Shown here: positions 38,901 through 48,445 of the stretch, piece by piece
Layout: each line of letters opens with the position of its first letter
Position numbering within the stretch: the stretch's first letter is position 1
DNA from: Leptospirales bacterium
GTDB taxonomy: Bacteria > Spirochaetota > Leptospiria > Turneriellales > JAOUFE01
Length of the DNA stretch: 48,598 nucleotides
NCBI GenBank assembly: GCA_040326155.1
Contig: JBEQLE010000023.1
Span: 1-48,598 of the forward strand
Direction of reading: 5' to 3'
Position numbers and translations under genes: made by a program
Notes under the pieces: model-generated
What the model saw: only the letters and a program-made list of their open reading frames with translations
Databases searched by the model: none
Told to the model about the DNA's origin: nothing

Positions 38901-39364
38901 TTTTTGCAGCCGGCGCCGGCGCGGTCGGCACCTTAATTTTTCCCGGTATTGGGACTATAGCAGGTATGGCAATTGGTTATGGCGCCTATATGGTTTATGA
39001 ACTTCTGGCAGGGCAAGCCATTGAAGACGGCGTTCGCAGTGTATTAAGCGAAGAAACCGAACAACCATCGGTATCAGCAAAGAAAATGCCGCTCCAAAAT
39101 ATAGTTGGAAATGTAGACTATACTACTTTCAAGTATTTTCGAATTATCCATCAGAAATTTACCATAGAAGATAACATATTGGTACAACCGACAGGGACAT
39201 ACATTAGTATGATGTACCCGGAGAAAGACGATGAAGATGTTTATTTACAAGTAAAAGTCGTCAACACCCGGCAAAACGAGCTATTCGATAGCCTCGGCGA
39301 TACATTTCTTATTCCAACTACAAATCTTATGAAATCCAAATCACAGGTCGGGCCAATTGTTTAA
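35939..39364 (+). CDS. Putative polymorphic-toxin-like protein: unknown N-domain, REase-fold nuclease motif, Gly/Ala-rich membrane helices
   Basis: GNQGE...DLN...NFPVYD...ISIK, then AAVGGIFAAGAGAVGTLIFPGIGTIAGMAIGYGAY. The N-terminus is paralogous to 47465-48445. Confidence 0.6.
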   Translation: MAEKNNMVKVKFLVKTAEYNQGLLNEKHVPIHSYFLYLFWKQDDEYKLFLQTDDKNKKLKVAGKHIPVVAKPDVANSELCDYPFVRKETYYGCFSGKELDVNALKTIAMTSPERLIHIYPTGSTYKIDHSFFYWLMKAAELESDTKTSHENINLLLETLEKKTDVNEDEKWIIDNQWCTLPNNQCLDIKSALTTIKNKLSNPSQTIQAIFDSSLNETMACYKTIEIAPTRKACSKDQKWSGAIREGFSHHILTSNLRAHLIAPTLSDKNTVTGDLLKSFSDNNISNDLTNLFYKDENNSSIGYGNVNILNTLTKSAIQQYGTNDAQSDSLDLKPLERNIFSYVDSVAETNSFQYDWDSFDNAKRKILFEFGIDLNSYSNFFISLFRDALECFEQATLHHEKTANRKFNISPYNVKISYSETEKSETGAYELISASSVLNIKSIIEHTTENTTLKNSILFLDGYTNQHIFEKNEFSIPKQKEESISASEFTAQTQVDDTVKFIELIPFDQNLVTYNFLKNETGRKRQDSTIVPISAWEKLRAKLETENFPMLTMDAFKHMRLTGANLAIPKFERFQSSTGQYVAPDLQSATDWVGNQGETGFFTKNTINSFYEDLNNREWRNRAGTWQGSGNQNNFPVYDALGKFVSNKLISIKASGGGASDNQNKQRDVRRRYWETGFKKTFGGHSNPRHKNYRNFNNVAIQPDNLNTNRADAIYRSYLAINSDDVASFRENLKNSADANIFNRQISGVNDLGNRAVKHKLMYEFFNIILEKENIKLNGVRIPTLEALFAQPSGTNINSVTEKLKTILAKRIISNGRTNAEVRNSIHARIGTGRLGRLQPYQYNYVTSEYIYVKSQASTIKASLKSAGRNAAYGSIFTTILSGHKLLTKDGENTGDDYLKFGSDIALGIVGDAVSSAGETGVLSRGLVQGTGIIKTFGRTVGKSFTSGLAAPIVEVGTMLFEDHYLNTKDYSYTDYSAKGTRAAVGGIFAAGAGAVGTLIFPGIGTIAGMAIGYGAYMVYELLAGQAIEDGVRSVLSEETEQPSVSAKKMPLQNIVGNVDYTTFKYFRIIHQKFTIEDNILVQPTGTYISMMYPEKDDEDVYLQVKVVNTRQNELFDSLGDTFLIPTTNLMKSKSQVGPIV

Positions 39365-39398
39365 TCCAATATAATTAATAACAGGCAAAATAAAAATC

Positions 39399-42300
39399 AT
39401 GAAAACATTAACCACAAACAACCTCACCGCTCAACTCCAACAACCCATCACCGTCCTGATGGGTTTTCCCGAAGTAGTTGCGCTCAACATCGCGATTTCT
39501 CAAACCCCCGACGGACAATCGCTTCTTACCCTCTCCGGTGACATCGACCTCTTTGGAAACATCTGCCCATTCACTCTTACCTACGATAAAACCATCTGGC
39601 AATTTCAATTAACAATCGCACAAGGCATAACACTTCCTTTCAACACGGCGGATCTCAAAGAAATATTTGGCGGCGCAGAGCTGCTGGGAAATTTTCCCGC
39701 AACATCAGGCTTTGATACCATCGACGTTTCAGAACTAACGCTGGAGTTTAATCCCGATTCGATTTTTCCGTTGCCGATGACCGAACTAAACCATGTCGAA
39801 ATCGTGGCGGGGCTGCAAGACTGGAAAATCGTCGAAGCGATCAATCTATTTTTAACCAACATTCGACTCGACTTTGACCTGAGTTTTCAGAAAGTTGTAG
39901 ACGCGCTAGCCGATCCGTTGGCGCCGCAAAGCCCTTTAGAACTGACCAGTTTTTCAGGGGCAATCGAAGCGGGGGCGGCTATCATCAACAACGGCGTCAC
40001 CGAGCTTGAGCTGCCAACTTTTCGAGCCTATTTGCCCATCACAGACGAAGGGCTATTGATGGAGATGGTAAACGAGTTTTATGACATCCCCACGTTGCAA
40101 AACCTCAGCCCGCTTCTTGGTGGAACCGATTTAAGTCTTTATATTCCCCCGCAACTTCCTGCAATTCCTTCGTTGCAACTATCTGAATTTACTTTTAACC
40201 TCGATCGAGATTACACCGGTTTGAACTTTATGGACTTCACCCTTGGTTTCCCGCAGGGTTATGCCTGGGTGTTGATCGCAGGCAAACTGCAGCTGTCCGA
40301 TTTTAAACTCAACTTCGATTTTCCGGCACCGCGCCTTCGCTTAGGCGTTGCCATGGGTTTCGGAGATCTCGCCGCAGAGTTTGTCACACTACCCATGGTC
40401 GCCGATGTTGAATTTACCGAATCAAATCAATTTGAGAAATTGACCGTTGAACTCGGCTCCCTTGAAGGCACCCACGACCTGAATTATTCCGTAAGCTCTG
40501 CTCATATATCAGCCCTGGGCTTTGACATCAATTCCATGATTCCGGGCATCGACCAAAGTGAATTTCTCGTCGATCATTTTCTACTTGAGTTTGACGCCAA
40601 CATGAATCTTGTTCGCACGATGCTTTCGATCTCATACCCCGGAAGCCTCGATCTCATCGCGAATAAATTTTCGATCGTGAACCCCGACATCGAAGTTGAA
40701 GTTCACTTTAGCGCCCCCATAAAATACAACGGCATTTTAAAAGCCGACCTAACGATCGGAGCTGACCAGGCGACCTACATACCGATCGAGCTGAGCTTTG
40801 ACGACACCGACGAGTGGGTACTCTCACTCAATAACGATGACACTGGTGAAAATGTAGCCCTGCCGAGTATTACCTCGCTTGCATCTTTAATTGGCGACTC
40901 TACCTACTTCGACAGTCTTCCATCGAATTTCAACTTCGAAGGAATCGAACTTTCCGATTTCGAATTGCGCTTTCCTCATCCGGTAAATCAAAAGATCAAC
41001 CATCTGTTTTTTACTCTGGAGATGCCTGCGAGAATGACGATCATTCCTTCTTTAAGTGTGTCGAAACTCAAGTTTCACTTTGACGCCGATTTTACCATCG
41101 GGCCAACACTCGCAGATATGCAGGCGACGCTCCAACTGAACGGAGTCGTCACCCTGGCTCTTGGTCCAGAAACGGGCGATCTCGAAATTCCGCTGTTGAT
41201 CACTAAATCTCTCACCGAGTGGACCGTCGAATTTGACTTGATGCCCGGCGACACGGTTATCCTTCCTTTTTCTAAACTTCCTTTGTTGCTTGATAACGCT
41301 CCTATCAGCGACGTTTTACGCGAAGACCTGATTTTGACAGACGTCGAAGTCGAAAGGTTAGAGTTGAGGTTTCCCGTAACGTTTGATCGACTCGACTTTG
41401 CCTCCTTTAAAGGAAATGTCACCGCCTGGGAAGTTCTGCCTACCCTGCAATTGTCGCTTGTGAAGTTTGAAGTCGACATGAACATCCCGATGCCGCTCTC
41501 CCTGGAAACACTCTGGGGAACTTTCCAGGGGCAGACAAAAGTCGGTACTTTGTTGCTGCCGACACTACGCGGTACCCTACCCTACCAGGATTCAGGACTT
41601 GCCCTCGAAATGGTCGAAGGGGAATACCCTATACCGAGCCTCACACAAATGAAACCCTTGCTCGGAGGCTTTGATCTTTCGACGGTTTTACCCTCACAGT
41701 TCCCCGCCATCAGCTCTCTTTTATTAACACGATTTTTAGTACATTTTGACCCAGAATTCAGCGGTCTACACTACATGGCCTTTCGTTTGGTATTGCCACC
41801 CGCAACAAACCCTGATGGAACCCAAAGCGATAGCGCATGGGATCTCTTTCCACTGGTTCCCAACACTGTAATATTAAAGCAACTCGAATTCGATTTTACC
41901 TTTCCCGAACCCCACTTCAAATTGGCCGGTATAGTCGGGCTGGGCTCATCCGATGAATTCCCGATGACGGCCTCTTTCTCGATCGAAGATGGCAGTTTTT
42001 CAGGACTGATCTTTGAACTCGGTGCTCTAGATCAAAGTGACACTTGGAGTTACAAAATTGGCGGAGCCGATCTATCGCTGATGGGTTTTAACCTCACGAC
42101 GATGCTGCCCGGTTTAGATACATTGGTTCTGGCTCTCACCCGATTTCGGCTAGAGTTCGACAATGCGATGAGTTTGAAACAACTCTACTTTCAAGTTCAT
42201 TCAGAGGGTTCTTGGGATCTGATCGCCAATCGTCTCAGCATCACCAACCTCAGCGTTGATCTCACCATTGGCTTTCCATCACCATACGCTTTTGAAGGTT

Positions 42301-45300
42301 TTGTAGCAGCCGATTTCGATTTGCATTTAGATAGTGTTGAGAAATTCCCCATCTTACTGACGATCCCGAAAACGGGCGACTGGAGTCTGGCTTTGGATCT
42401 GCCAACACCAGACGACTCGGTCTCGTTTGCCGGTGTTACTGACCTTTCGGCCTTAGTTGGTTTAAACTTAGATACCTTTATGCCGCCGGGCTTGTCGATC
42501 AGTGCGTTTAACCTGACCGAATTGGCGATGCAGTTTCCTCATCCTTCAGAACAGAAAATCTCGACCGTATTTGTCGGAGCCAATATGCCCGACACCTGGC
42601 AGATTGTACCGAACCTGACGCTTGGCGATCTGAATCTTTATACTGAAATTGATTTCACCCAAACACCAGCGGAAGTCACATTTCAAGTGACGAGCGTTAT
42701 CGGCGTAGGGGCGGTAAAGATACCGCTTCTGATTTCCCGAGATCCGAGCCAATGGAAGTTCGGCTTAAACCCGGAATTCGAAACCGAGTTTTTTATCCCC
42801 TTTACAAAAATGACCGGTTGGTTGGGCACGCTGCTGCCATCACTGCCTTCCCCCATTTCAGGGGCCAACATTGCCCTGCGAGAACTGATGTTTACTTTTT
42901 CGGGTGACATGGCAAATTGGAAAAATTTTGAATGCAGGGGAAGTCTCGATTCTAGTTGGACGCCAGTAGCCTCGCTCACCAGTTTTAAAATCGATGAACT
43001 TGACTTTTACGTTCAAATCGACGCCACCCCGGCTGAACCGGTTTTAACCCTGGAAGTAACCGGGGTCATTATTCTGGGGGAAATTCGTGTACCGATCAAG
43101 ATCGTCAAAACGACCACCGAGTGGATCTTTTCGTTAAATCTTGCCCCCGGTTCTGATATAGAAAGTGTAGCTTTGCCGTTTAGTCAACTCGAAGAGTGGT
43201 TTGGTCAAAACCTGATTGCTCTTCCGACGGTTCTTACCATCGGCGATGTAGGAATTTCCGCACTGGAGATTATCTTTTCATCGAATATGAGAATATGGAA
43301 AAGTTTCTCCTGTGATGTTTCTCTCAACAAAACCTGGATGCTCACCGATACCTTCGGTTTAACGATCAAACGCTTTACGCTCGATATGGAGTTTCCGTTG
43401 AACGCAACCAAGCGCAAAATTGTGGCGGCGATGCATTGTAATATCCTGGCAGATTCTCAGACTTTCGGGGTGATCGTTGCCATCGATACGCTCAACGAAA
43501 AATGGAATCTCACTCTGGTTCCTGAACAAAATATTGTGATCAGCGCACTCGGTCCGTTAAGCCATATTTTTAATATCGCGACCCTGACCACCCAGATGAT
43601 GCCGATGGAAGTTGCGCTTGGGGATATCCACCTCGAAAGTCTGTCGGTTACCCTCGACTTCGATTTTAATATTCTCGGCATGCTTTTGACTGGCACGCTC
43701 GATAAAGGGCAGATCAAAGTCACCCTGCCGATGCTCGAAGTCTCCGACGAGGAAGACCAGAAGAGTCTGACGGCTTCGGCGACGGTGAACGATCTAAAAC
43801 TTTCCCAGGCCGAGAATCTGGATATTATTTTGACATCCAATGTCACGTTAGCTGTAACCGGTCTGCCGACTATTTTACAAAACGCTCTTCCAACCGATGT
43901 AGATGCGATAGTAACGGCGTCAAAGACCGAAGCCAGCGTCACCGTAAACAACACACAATCTTTTACACTGCCCCAAATCAAATTTGCCAACCAACGGGTG
44001 AACATTAAAGGAGAGTTTAAAGGAATTAAATTTACCTATGCCGTAGGCGGACCCGAAATCTCTACCGATGTGACCTTCTTTCTGGTACACGAGGGCACAC
44101 ATCAGCTCAATGAGATGATGCCGGTCGACCTGCTCAACGATGAAGTACATTTTCGCCTGAGTATCAATCAGGTAGACAAAGCTAAAATTGCCCTTACCGA
44201 ATGGCCCTTCAAGTTGCCGACAGTCAAAAAACTCAAAAGAGAAGGTTGGATACTTTTCGACTTTGGAGATGCCGGGGCGGTTACACTGAATCTGCCAACG
44301 TTCAGCCATAATGGCACGAGTTTTAAAGCTAATGGCCAGGTGAAATTCCCGGAAGACGGCGACAGTATCATCACTTTAAAAGATCCGGTGGGCGACGCAG
44401 CGCCTGTCGAAGAGACCTACATCGCAAAAGCGCTTGGTATTCCCTTAGGATTTATTAAAAAGTTTCTTGCGCAATCAGGATTGTCGTTTATCGGAGATAT
44501 GCTGCCCGATTCGATTCCGCTTGATCCGGACTTGGCAACGGTTCTCCCCGGCCTTACCGGCAGCACAACCGGATTGCCAACTGCCTTCGATAGTTACAAA
44601 GAGATCACAAACCCTCGGGCTTTTGACTTTTATATTGAGACCGTTTCGGGCGGTTCTGTGAGATTCGACTTTGCCACGACCGCAGATGAAAACGGCGTCA
44701 GAGAGCCGATGAAAGTACTCTTAAAAGACCCACTCGGCGTCACCATTATGCTAGGCGTGCAGGTCTCCAGAATTGCCATCGGTGAAACAGGCGGGGTCAT
44801 GACTTTCGATTTTGACGCACGAGTTGACATCTTTTTTGCGCCGCTTATTTTGGCGATGCAAAATATGCCGAACTTGAGCATACCGTTGCTGCCAGATTTT
44901 AAAGATGTACATTTAACTTTCATTGCTGACAAAGTGTTTGGAGTCATCGCAGGGTGGCCCATACCGATTTTCTTTAACGAGTTGAGCGTGAGCTATCTCG
45001 GGGTCGAAGGGCTGGAGCTTAAAACCGTCTGGAAAAATCCGATGCCCGGTCATGGTATCAATGAGATCATTAAAGTGGCCGCGCTTTTACCGCAGTTTGC
45101 CAAATTTGCTTTCAACCCGACTTATCTATTGCCAACCGACCCGACCGATCCCGAGTACCCCGACCTGGGCGACGCGCAGCTTGATTTTAGAATTGAAGAT
45201 TTGTACTTAAAAACTCCGGAGTATCTCGGCGGCGTTGTTCTGGGTCATCAATATACAGACGATAACCCGTTAATTGAGTTGCATAATACCGAAGTATTCA

Positions 45301-47390
45301 ATCTGTTAAACGCTTCGAAAATGCCCACGCCTGCAAATCTCTTGAAAGTGATTCCATCCAGCAAAAGATCAGGCTCTGGCGACATTTCGTTTGGTCCCAT
45401 TGCTTCAAATTTCGCATGGGCCATTAGTAATCCGGGGGAATTTTTAGCAGGCTATAGTGGTCCACTGCCCAGTGAGAGTCTGCTCGTTCTTTTCGGCGAC
45501 TCTGATGAAACACAACCAACGGACGATGAAAAAAGCATAATCGTCATTGAAGGCCACTGGGGCATCGGAAATATCATCAGCTCCGATGTTATGTTTGCCA
45601 TGCAGGTGGGTGGATTTGATGGGATGGCCCTCGGTATCGCCGCTAGAGGAAGCATTGCCAATGATTTTCTCGGTTTCGACATTGCGGGAAGCATGATGTT
45701 TGATATTCCGGGTAAATCTTTTGCGCTCGATGCGTTTTTAGCTCTGAAACTGCTCGGCACGGATGTTGCCACTCTTACCGTTGGCTTGAGCGAAGAGGAG
45801 TTTTCACTTGCAGGAACCGTAGAACTCTTTAACAACCCGATTATCCAAGCCGAGGGAACCCTCACCGGTACGATTAAGAGTACCGGCGCTTTCTCGATTA
45901 CGGGTAATATTGACGCATCCGGTGGACTTCTCTCACTCGGGGGGCCTGAGGTAGATATTTCAGCGACTCTTTCGAACAGCGGCGCTACGTTGACCGGGGA
46001 CTTTACGATTATCGATATCGCGCTCTTGCGCTTGAAAGGAACGATCGACATTTCTCTGAGTAGTCAAGGGCAACTTGCTCTCTCCGGAACGGTAGAAACT
46101 GGCGGTGGAATTTTTGCCATGAGCGAGATTAGCATCGAAGGAAATTCCGATCTTGCCGCTACGGTCAGTACGCCCCCGAGCTTGATTCCTTTTCAAAATA
46201 TTAAAATCAAAGCTGAATTTAGCGTTCTGGATACGCCCTTTATCAAGTTAGGCGGCAGTAAACTTACCGCCACGCTGACCGATACCTCCCTCGATTTCGA
46301 AGCGCTGATTTCGGGGCCGCAGGGCTTTATCGGTTTTTCCGATGAAGGCGAGAACCAGATGAAAATCACGGGTACCGATATCGGTACGAGCGATAGCAAA
46401 CTCAGCATCGCCGGTGATTTTGGCATCAATACGCCCCTTTTGAAAATCGGGTGCCACATATCTGGTACGATCAACTCTACTTTTAATCTTGATGTTACGG
46501 GAACGATCACCTCCTCAATAGGGGGATTTGACCTGACAGGGGATAACACCTCGGTCTCTCTGACTGAAGATTCGTTATCTATTACGGCAGAGTGGCTTGG
46601 GTCTGAGTTTACGTTAGATGCGGAAATTGATGGGACAAATATCAACCTCAAAGGGACGGCGATGTTCACCATACCGTTTCCGGCCCCCTGGAAAATCCCC
46701 AACCCGCTACCTGGCGGCGATGACCTCGATTTAGAAAAGCTCTTCGGGCTCGATATTTCTATAAGCGCCGGAGTAGCGGTAGAGTTCAGCAATACCTCCT
46801 ATTCGGCGGGGGCAGCGCTCACCTGTACTTTCTGTGGCGTCGACTTTACAATTGACGCTAACCTCGATATCGATCTGAGTGAAATGAACTCCTTAGACGA
46901 TCTGAAAGATGTCATCATAGAATTTGCAAAGAGCTCTCTGAGCCTCGCCAGTTTTTTCACCGACTCGATCTGGTGGGCTCAAGATTTAATCAAAGCGGTG
47001 AAATACTCTTTCGAGAATTCACTACAGGAGAACACACCGACCAACTTCACCCTGATCAAAACCTCCCTCTTTGAAATTGGGTGTGACATTAGCAGCAGCG
47101 ACGGCTCCTCCCTCACGGTAGATGTGAACGTCTCGGCGGGCGGTTTCTTGCAACTTCCCGATGCGCCCAAAGTAACCTTCGGCTGGACTGAAGTCACCAT
47201 AGAGTTAGAGTTCGATTCCAACAAAACATTACCCCCGCCGGGAATGCCTTTTTCGCTGGAGGGCGACACCACCATAACCATCGGCACATCGGGCTTTGAA
47301 CTCAGCGGTGAAATGGAAGTCAAACTCCTGGGCGAAACCATCTTCAAGGGCGCCGTCGGAAGCAGCAATTTACTGGGGAATCTGGTTTAG
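39399..47390 (+). CDS. Giant (2663 aa) acidic beta-repeat protein of unknown function (repeating beta-groove-like)
   Basis: Uninterrupted 8-kb ORF with alternating hydrophobic beta-strand patterning, ~125-130-aa modules and a ~520-aa duplication. No evident signal peptide. Confidence 0.85.
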   Translation: MKTLTTNNLTAQLQQPITVLMGFPEVVALNIAISQTPDGQSLLTLSGDIDLFGNICPFTLTYDKTIWQFQLTIAQGITLPFNTADLKEIFGGAELLGNFPATSGFDTIDVSELTLEFNPDSIFPLPMTELNHVEIVAGLQDWKIVEAINLFLTNIRLDFDLSFQKVVDALADPLAPQSPLELTSFSGAIEAGAAIINNGVTELELPTFRAYLPITDEGLLMEMVNEFYDIPTLQNLSPLLGGTDLSLYIPPQLPAIPSLQLSEFTFNLDRDYTGLNFMDFTLGFPQGYAWVLIAGKLQLSDFKLNFDFPAPRLRLGVAMGFGDLAAEFVTLPMVADVEFTESNQFEKLTVELGSLEGTHDLNYSVSSAHISALGFDINSMIPGIDQSEFLVDHFLLEFDANMNLVRTMLSISYPGSLDLIANKFSIVNPDIEVEVHFSAPIKYNGILKADLTIGADQATYIPIELSFDDTDEWVLSLNNDDTGENVALPSITSLASLIGDSTYFDSLPSNFNFEGIELSDFELRFPHPVNQKINHLFFTLEMPARMTIIPSLSVSKLKFHFDADFTIGPTLADMQATLQLNGVVTLALGPETGDLEIPLLITKSLTEWTVEFDLMPGDTVILPFSKLPLLLDNAPISDVLREDLILTDVEVERLELRFPVTFDRLDFASFKGNVTAWEVLPTLQLSLVKFEVDMNIPMPLSLETLWGTFQGQTKVGTLLLPTLRGTLPYQDSGLALEMVEGEYPIPSLTQMKPLLGGFDLSTVLPSQFPAISSLLLTRFLVHFDPEFSGLHYMAFRLVLPPATNPDGTQSDSAWDLFPLVPNTVILKQLEFDFTFPEPHFKLAGIVGLGSSDEFPMTASFSIEDGSFSGLIFELGALDQSDTWSYKIGGADLSLMGFNLTTMLPGLDTLVLALTRFRLEFDNAMSLKQLYFQVHSEGSWDLIANRLSITNLSVDLTIGFPSPYAFEGFVAADFDLHLDSVEKFPILLTIPKTGDWSLALDLPTPDDSVSFAGVTDLSALVGLNLDTFMPPGLSISAFNLTELAMQFPHPSEQKISTVFVGANMPDTWQIVPNLTLGDLNLYTEIDFTQTPAEVTFQVTSVIGVGAVKIPLLISRDPSQWKFGLNPEFETEFFIPFTKMTGWLGTLLPSLPSPISGANIALRELMFTFSGDMANWKNFECRGSLDSSWTPVASLTSFKIDELDFYVQIDATPAEPVLTLEVTGVIILGEIRVPIKIVKTTTEWIFSLNLAPGSDIESVALPFSQLEEWFGQNLIALPTVLTIGDVGISALEIIFSSNMRIWKSFSCDVSLNKTWMLTDTFGLTIKRFTLDMEFPLNATKRKIVAAMHCNILADSQTFGVIVAIDTLNEKWNLTLVPEQNIVISALGPLSHIFNIATLTTQMMPMEVALGDIHLESLSVTLDFDFNILGMLLTGTLDKGQIKVTLPMLEVSDEEDQKSLTASATVNDLKLSQAENLDIILTSNVTLAVTGLPTILQNALPTDVDAIVTASKTEASVTVNNTQSFTLPQIKFANQRVNIKGEFKGIKFTYAVGGPEISTDVTFFLVHEGTHQLNEMMPVDLLNDEVHFRLSINQVDKAKIALTEWPFKLPTVKKLKREGWILFDFGDAGAVTLNLPTFSHNGTSFKANGQVKFPEDGDSIITLKDPVGDAAPVEETYIAKALGIPLGFIKKFLAQSGLSFIGDMLPDSIPLDPDLATVLPGLTGSTTGLPTAFDSYKEITNPRAFDFYIETVSGGSVRFDFATTADENGVREPMKVLLKDPLGVTIMLGVQVSRIAIGETGGVMTFDFDARVDIFFAPLILAMQNMPNLSIPLLPDFKDVHLTFIADKVFGVIAGWPIPIFFNELSVSYLGVEGLELKTVWKNPMPGHGINEIIKVAALLPQFAKFAFNPTYLLPTDPTDPEYPDLGDAQLDFRIEDLYLKTPEYLGGVVLGHQYTDDNPLIELHNTEVFNLLNASKMPTPANLLKVIPSSKRSGSGDISFGPIASNFAWAISNPGEFLAGYSGPLPSESLLVLFGDSDETQPTDDEKSIIVIEGHWGIGNIISSDVMFAMQVGGFDGMALGIAARGSIANDFLGFDIAGSMMFDIPGKSFALDAFLALKLLGTDVATLTVGLSEEEFSLAGTVELFNNPIIQAEGTLTGTIKSTGAFSITGNIDASGGLLSLGGPEVDISATLSNSGATLTGDFTIIDIALLRLKGTIDISLSSQGQLALSGTVETGGGIFAMSEISIEGNSDLAATVSTPPSLIPFQNIKIKAEFSVLDTPFIKLGGSKLTATLTDTSLDFEALISGPQGFIGFSDEGENQMKITGTDIGTSDSKLSIAGDFGINTPLLKIGCHISGTINSTFNLDVTGTITSSIGGFDLTGDNTSVSLTEDSLSITAEWLGSEFTLDAEIDGTNINLKGTAMFTIPFPAPWKIPNPLPGGDDLDLEKLFGLDISISAGVAVEFSNTSYSAGAALTCTFCGVDFTIDANLDIDLSEMNSLDDLKDVIIEFAKSSLSLASFFTDSIWWAQDLIKAVKYSFENSLQENTPTNFTLIKTSLFEIGCDISSSDGSSLTVDVNVSAGGFLQLPDAPKVTFGWTEVTIELEFDSNKTLPPPGMPFSLEGDTTITIGTSGFELSGEMEVKLLGETIFKGAVGSSNLLGNLV

Positions 47391-47464
47391 AGGAGAGCGG
47401 GGAAAAATTATGAAAACTATTAAATTGAGACCATCAAACTTCGCTACCATAAAAAGAGGTAACC

Positions 47465-48445
47465 ATGCCGACATCAACTGATACTACAAACACGTCAGTC
47501 ACGAAAGTGAAGCTGCCGCTTGATCGTGTCTTCTGCCAGTTTGAGTGTTATCAGCAAACTGAGAAGACAGACGCTAATGGAAAGACGTCGCAAGTTTTTG
47601 ATTACAAGCCGGTGGATTCTTATAAGCTCTATCTGTTTTATAAAAAGAACGACCAGTTTTTTCGCATGCCCGGCAACACCCCTCCTGCTGAGCCGATTGT
47701 GACCGCAGATGACCATGCCGAATACATCATTTCGGATAAAGATGTTACCGAAAAAAAGTGCAACTACGCTTTTAAGAAAGGCGCGACTTACTATGGGTAT
47801 TTTGCGGGGAAAGAACTGACGGAGGCTGAGATTACGGGGTTGATGGGTGAGCGGAGTTATGTGTTGTTGAAGATAGTTCCATCTGACAGCGGTGTGTTGA
47901 GATTGGATTTTTCATTGTTTCAATATATAGTTTTATTGCAACAACTTGAAGACGGATTAACCGGTGATGTAGCCTTGACAAAAATAAACACCGTTTACAA
48001 ATCAAATTTCAGTTCTTTGACTTCCGACATAGAAAAACAACTCTACAAAAATGATTTTATGATTGCAACAAATAATGAACCCATTCAAATGAGCCGTTTC
48101 TTTGAAGCTTTATCGGCTCAAAAAAAAGGAGAAGTACCTGTATGGGAGAAGTCTCTGGCAGACGTAGTAACGAATGCTATAACTTTTCATGAAGATCCCA
48201 ATGCGACAGCTACAAACAAGCTTTTGTCCTTTGAGAATGCCTTGCAAAAAATTACGGATCAGCAATACCCCAAGGGTATTTTAGAAAGTCATGTGTTAGG
48301 AGCAACACTGGGAAAAGTAGTACCGCCTCCCGGCACTCCTTATTCTTTTACCTACTCGATAGAAGAGTTTTTTTATCAGAGTAATTTTTCTGAACTTACA
48401 AAGAATTATATAGAAAATTTTTATATCGAGGTTTCTAATGTCTGA
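47465..48445 (+). CDS. Hypothetical protein, stand-alone paralogue of the N-terminal region of 35939-39364
   Basis: SD AGAGGT. PVDSYKLYLFYK...CNYAFKKGATYYGYFAGKEL aligns with PIHSYFLYLFWK...CDYPFVRKETYYGCFSGKEL. Confidence 0.8.
   Translation: MPTSTDTTNTSVTKVKLPLDRVFCQFECYQQTEKTDANGKTSQVFDYKPVDSYKLYLFYKKNDQFFRMPGNTPPAEPIVTADDHAEYIISDKDVTEKKCNYAFKKGATYYGYFAGKELTEAEITGLMGERSYVLLKIVPSDSGVLRLDFSLFQYIVLLQQLEDGLTGDVALTKINTVYKSNFSSLTSDIEKQLYKNDFMIATNNEPIQMSRFFEALSAQKKGEVPVWEKSLADVVTNAITFHEDPNATATNKLLSFENALQKITDQQYPKGILESHVLGATLGKVVPPPGTPYSFTYSIEEFFYQSNFSELTKNYIENFYIEVSNV

Noticed and set aside
39399..47390. Calling the giant an autotransporter, RHS/YD, RTX or haemagglutinin protein
   Set aside because: No signal peptide, YD repeats, GGXGXD repeats, TPS domain or terminal-Phe beta-barrel signature seen.
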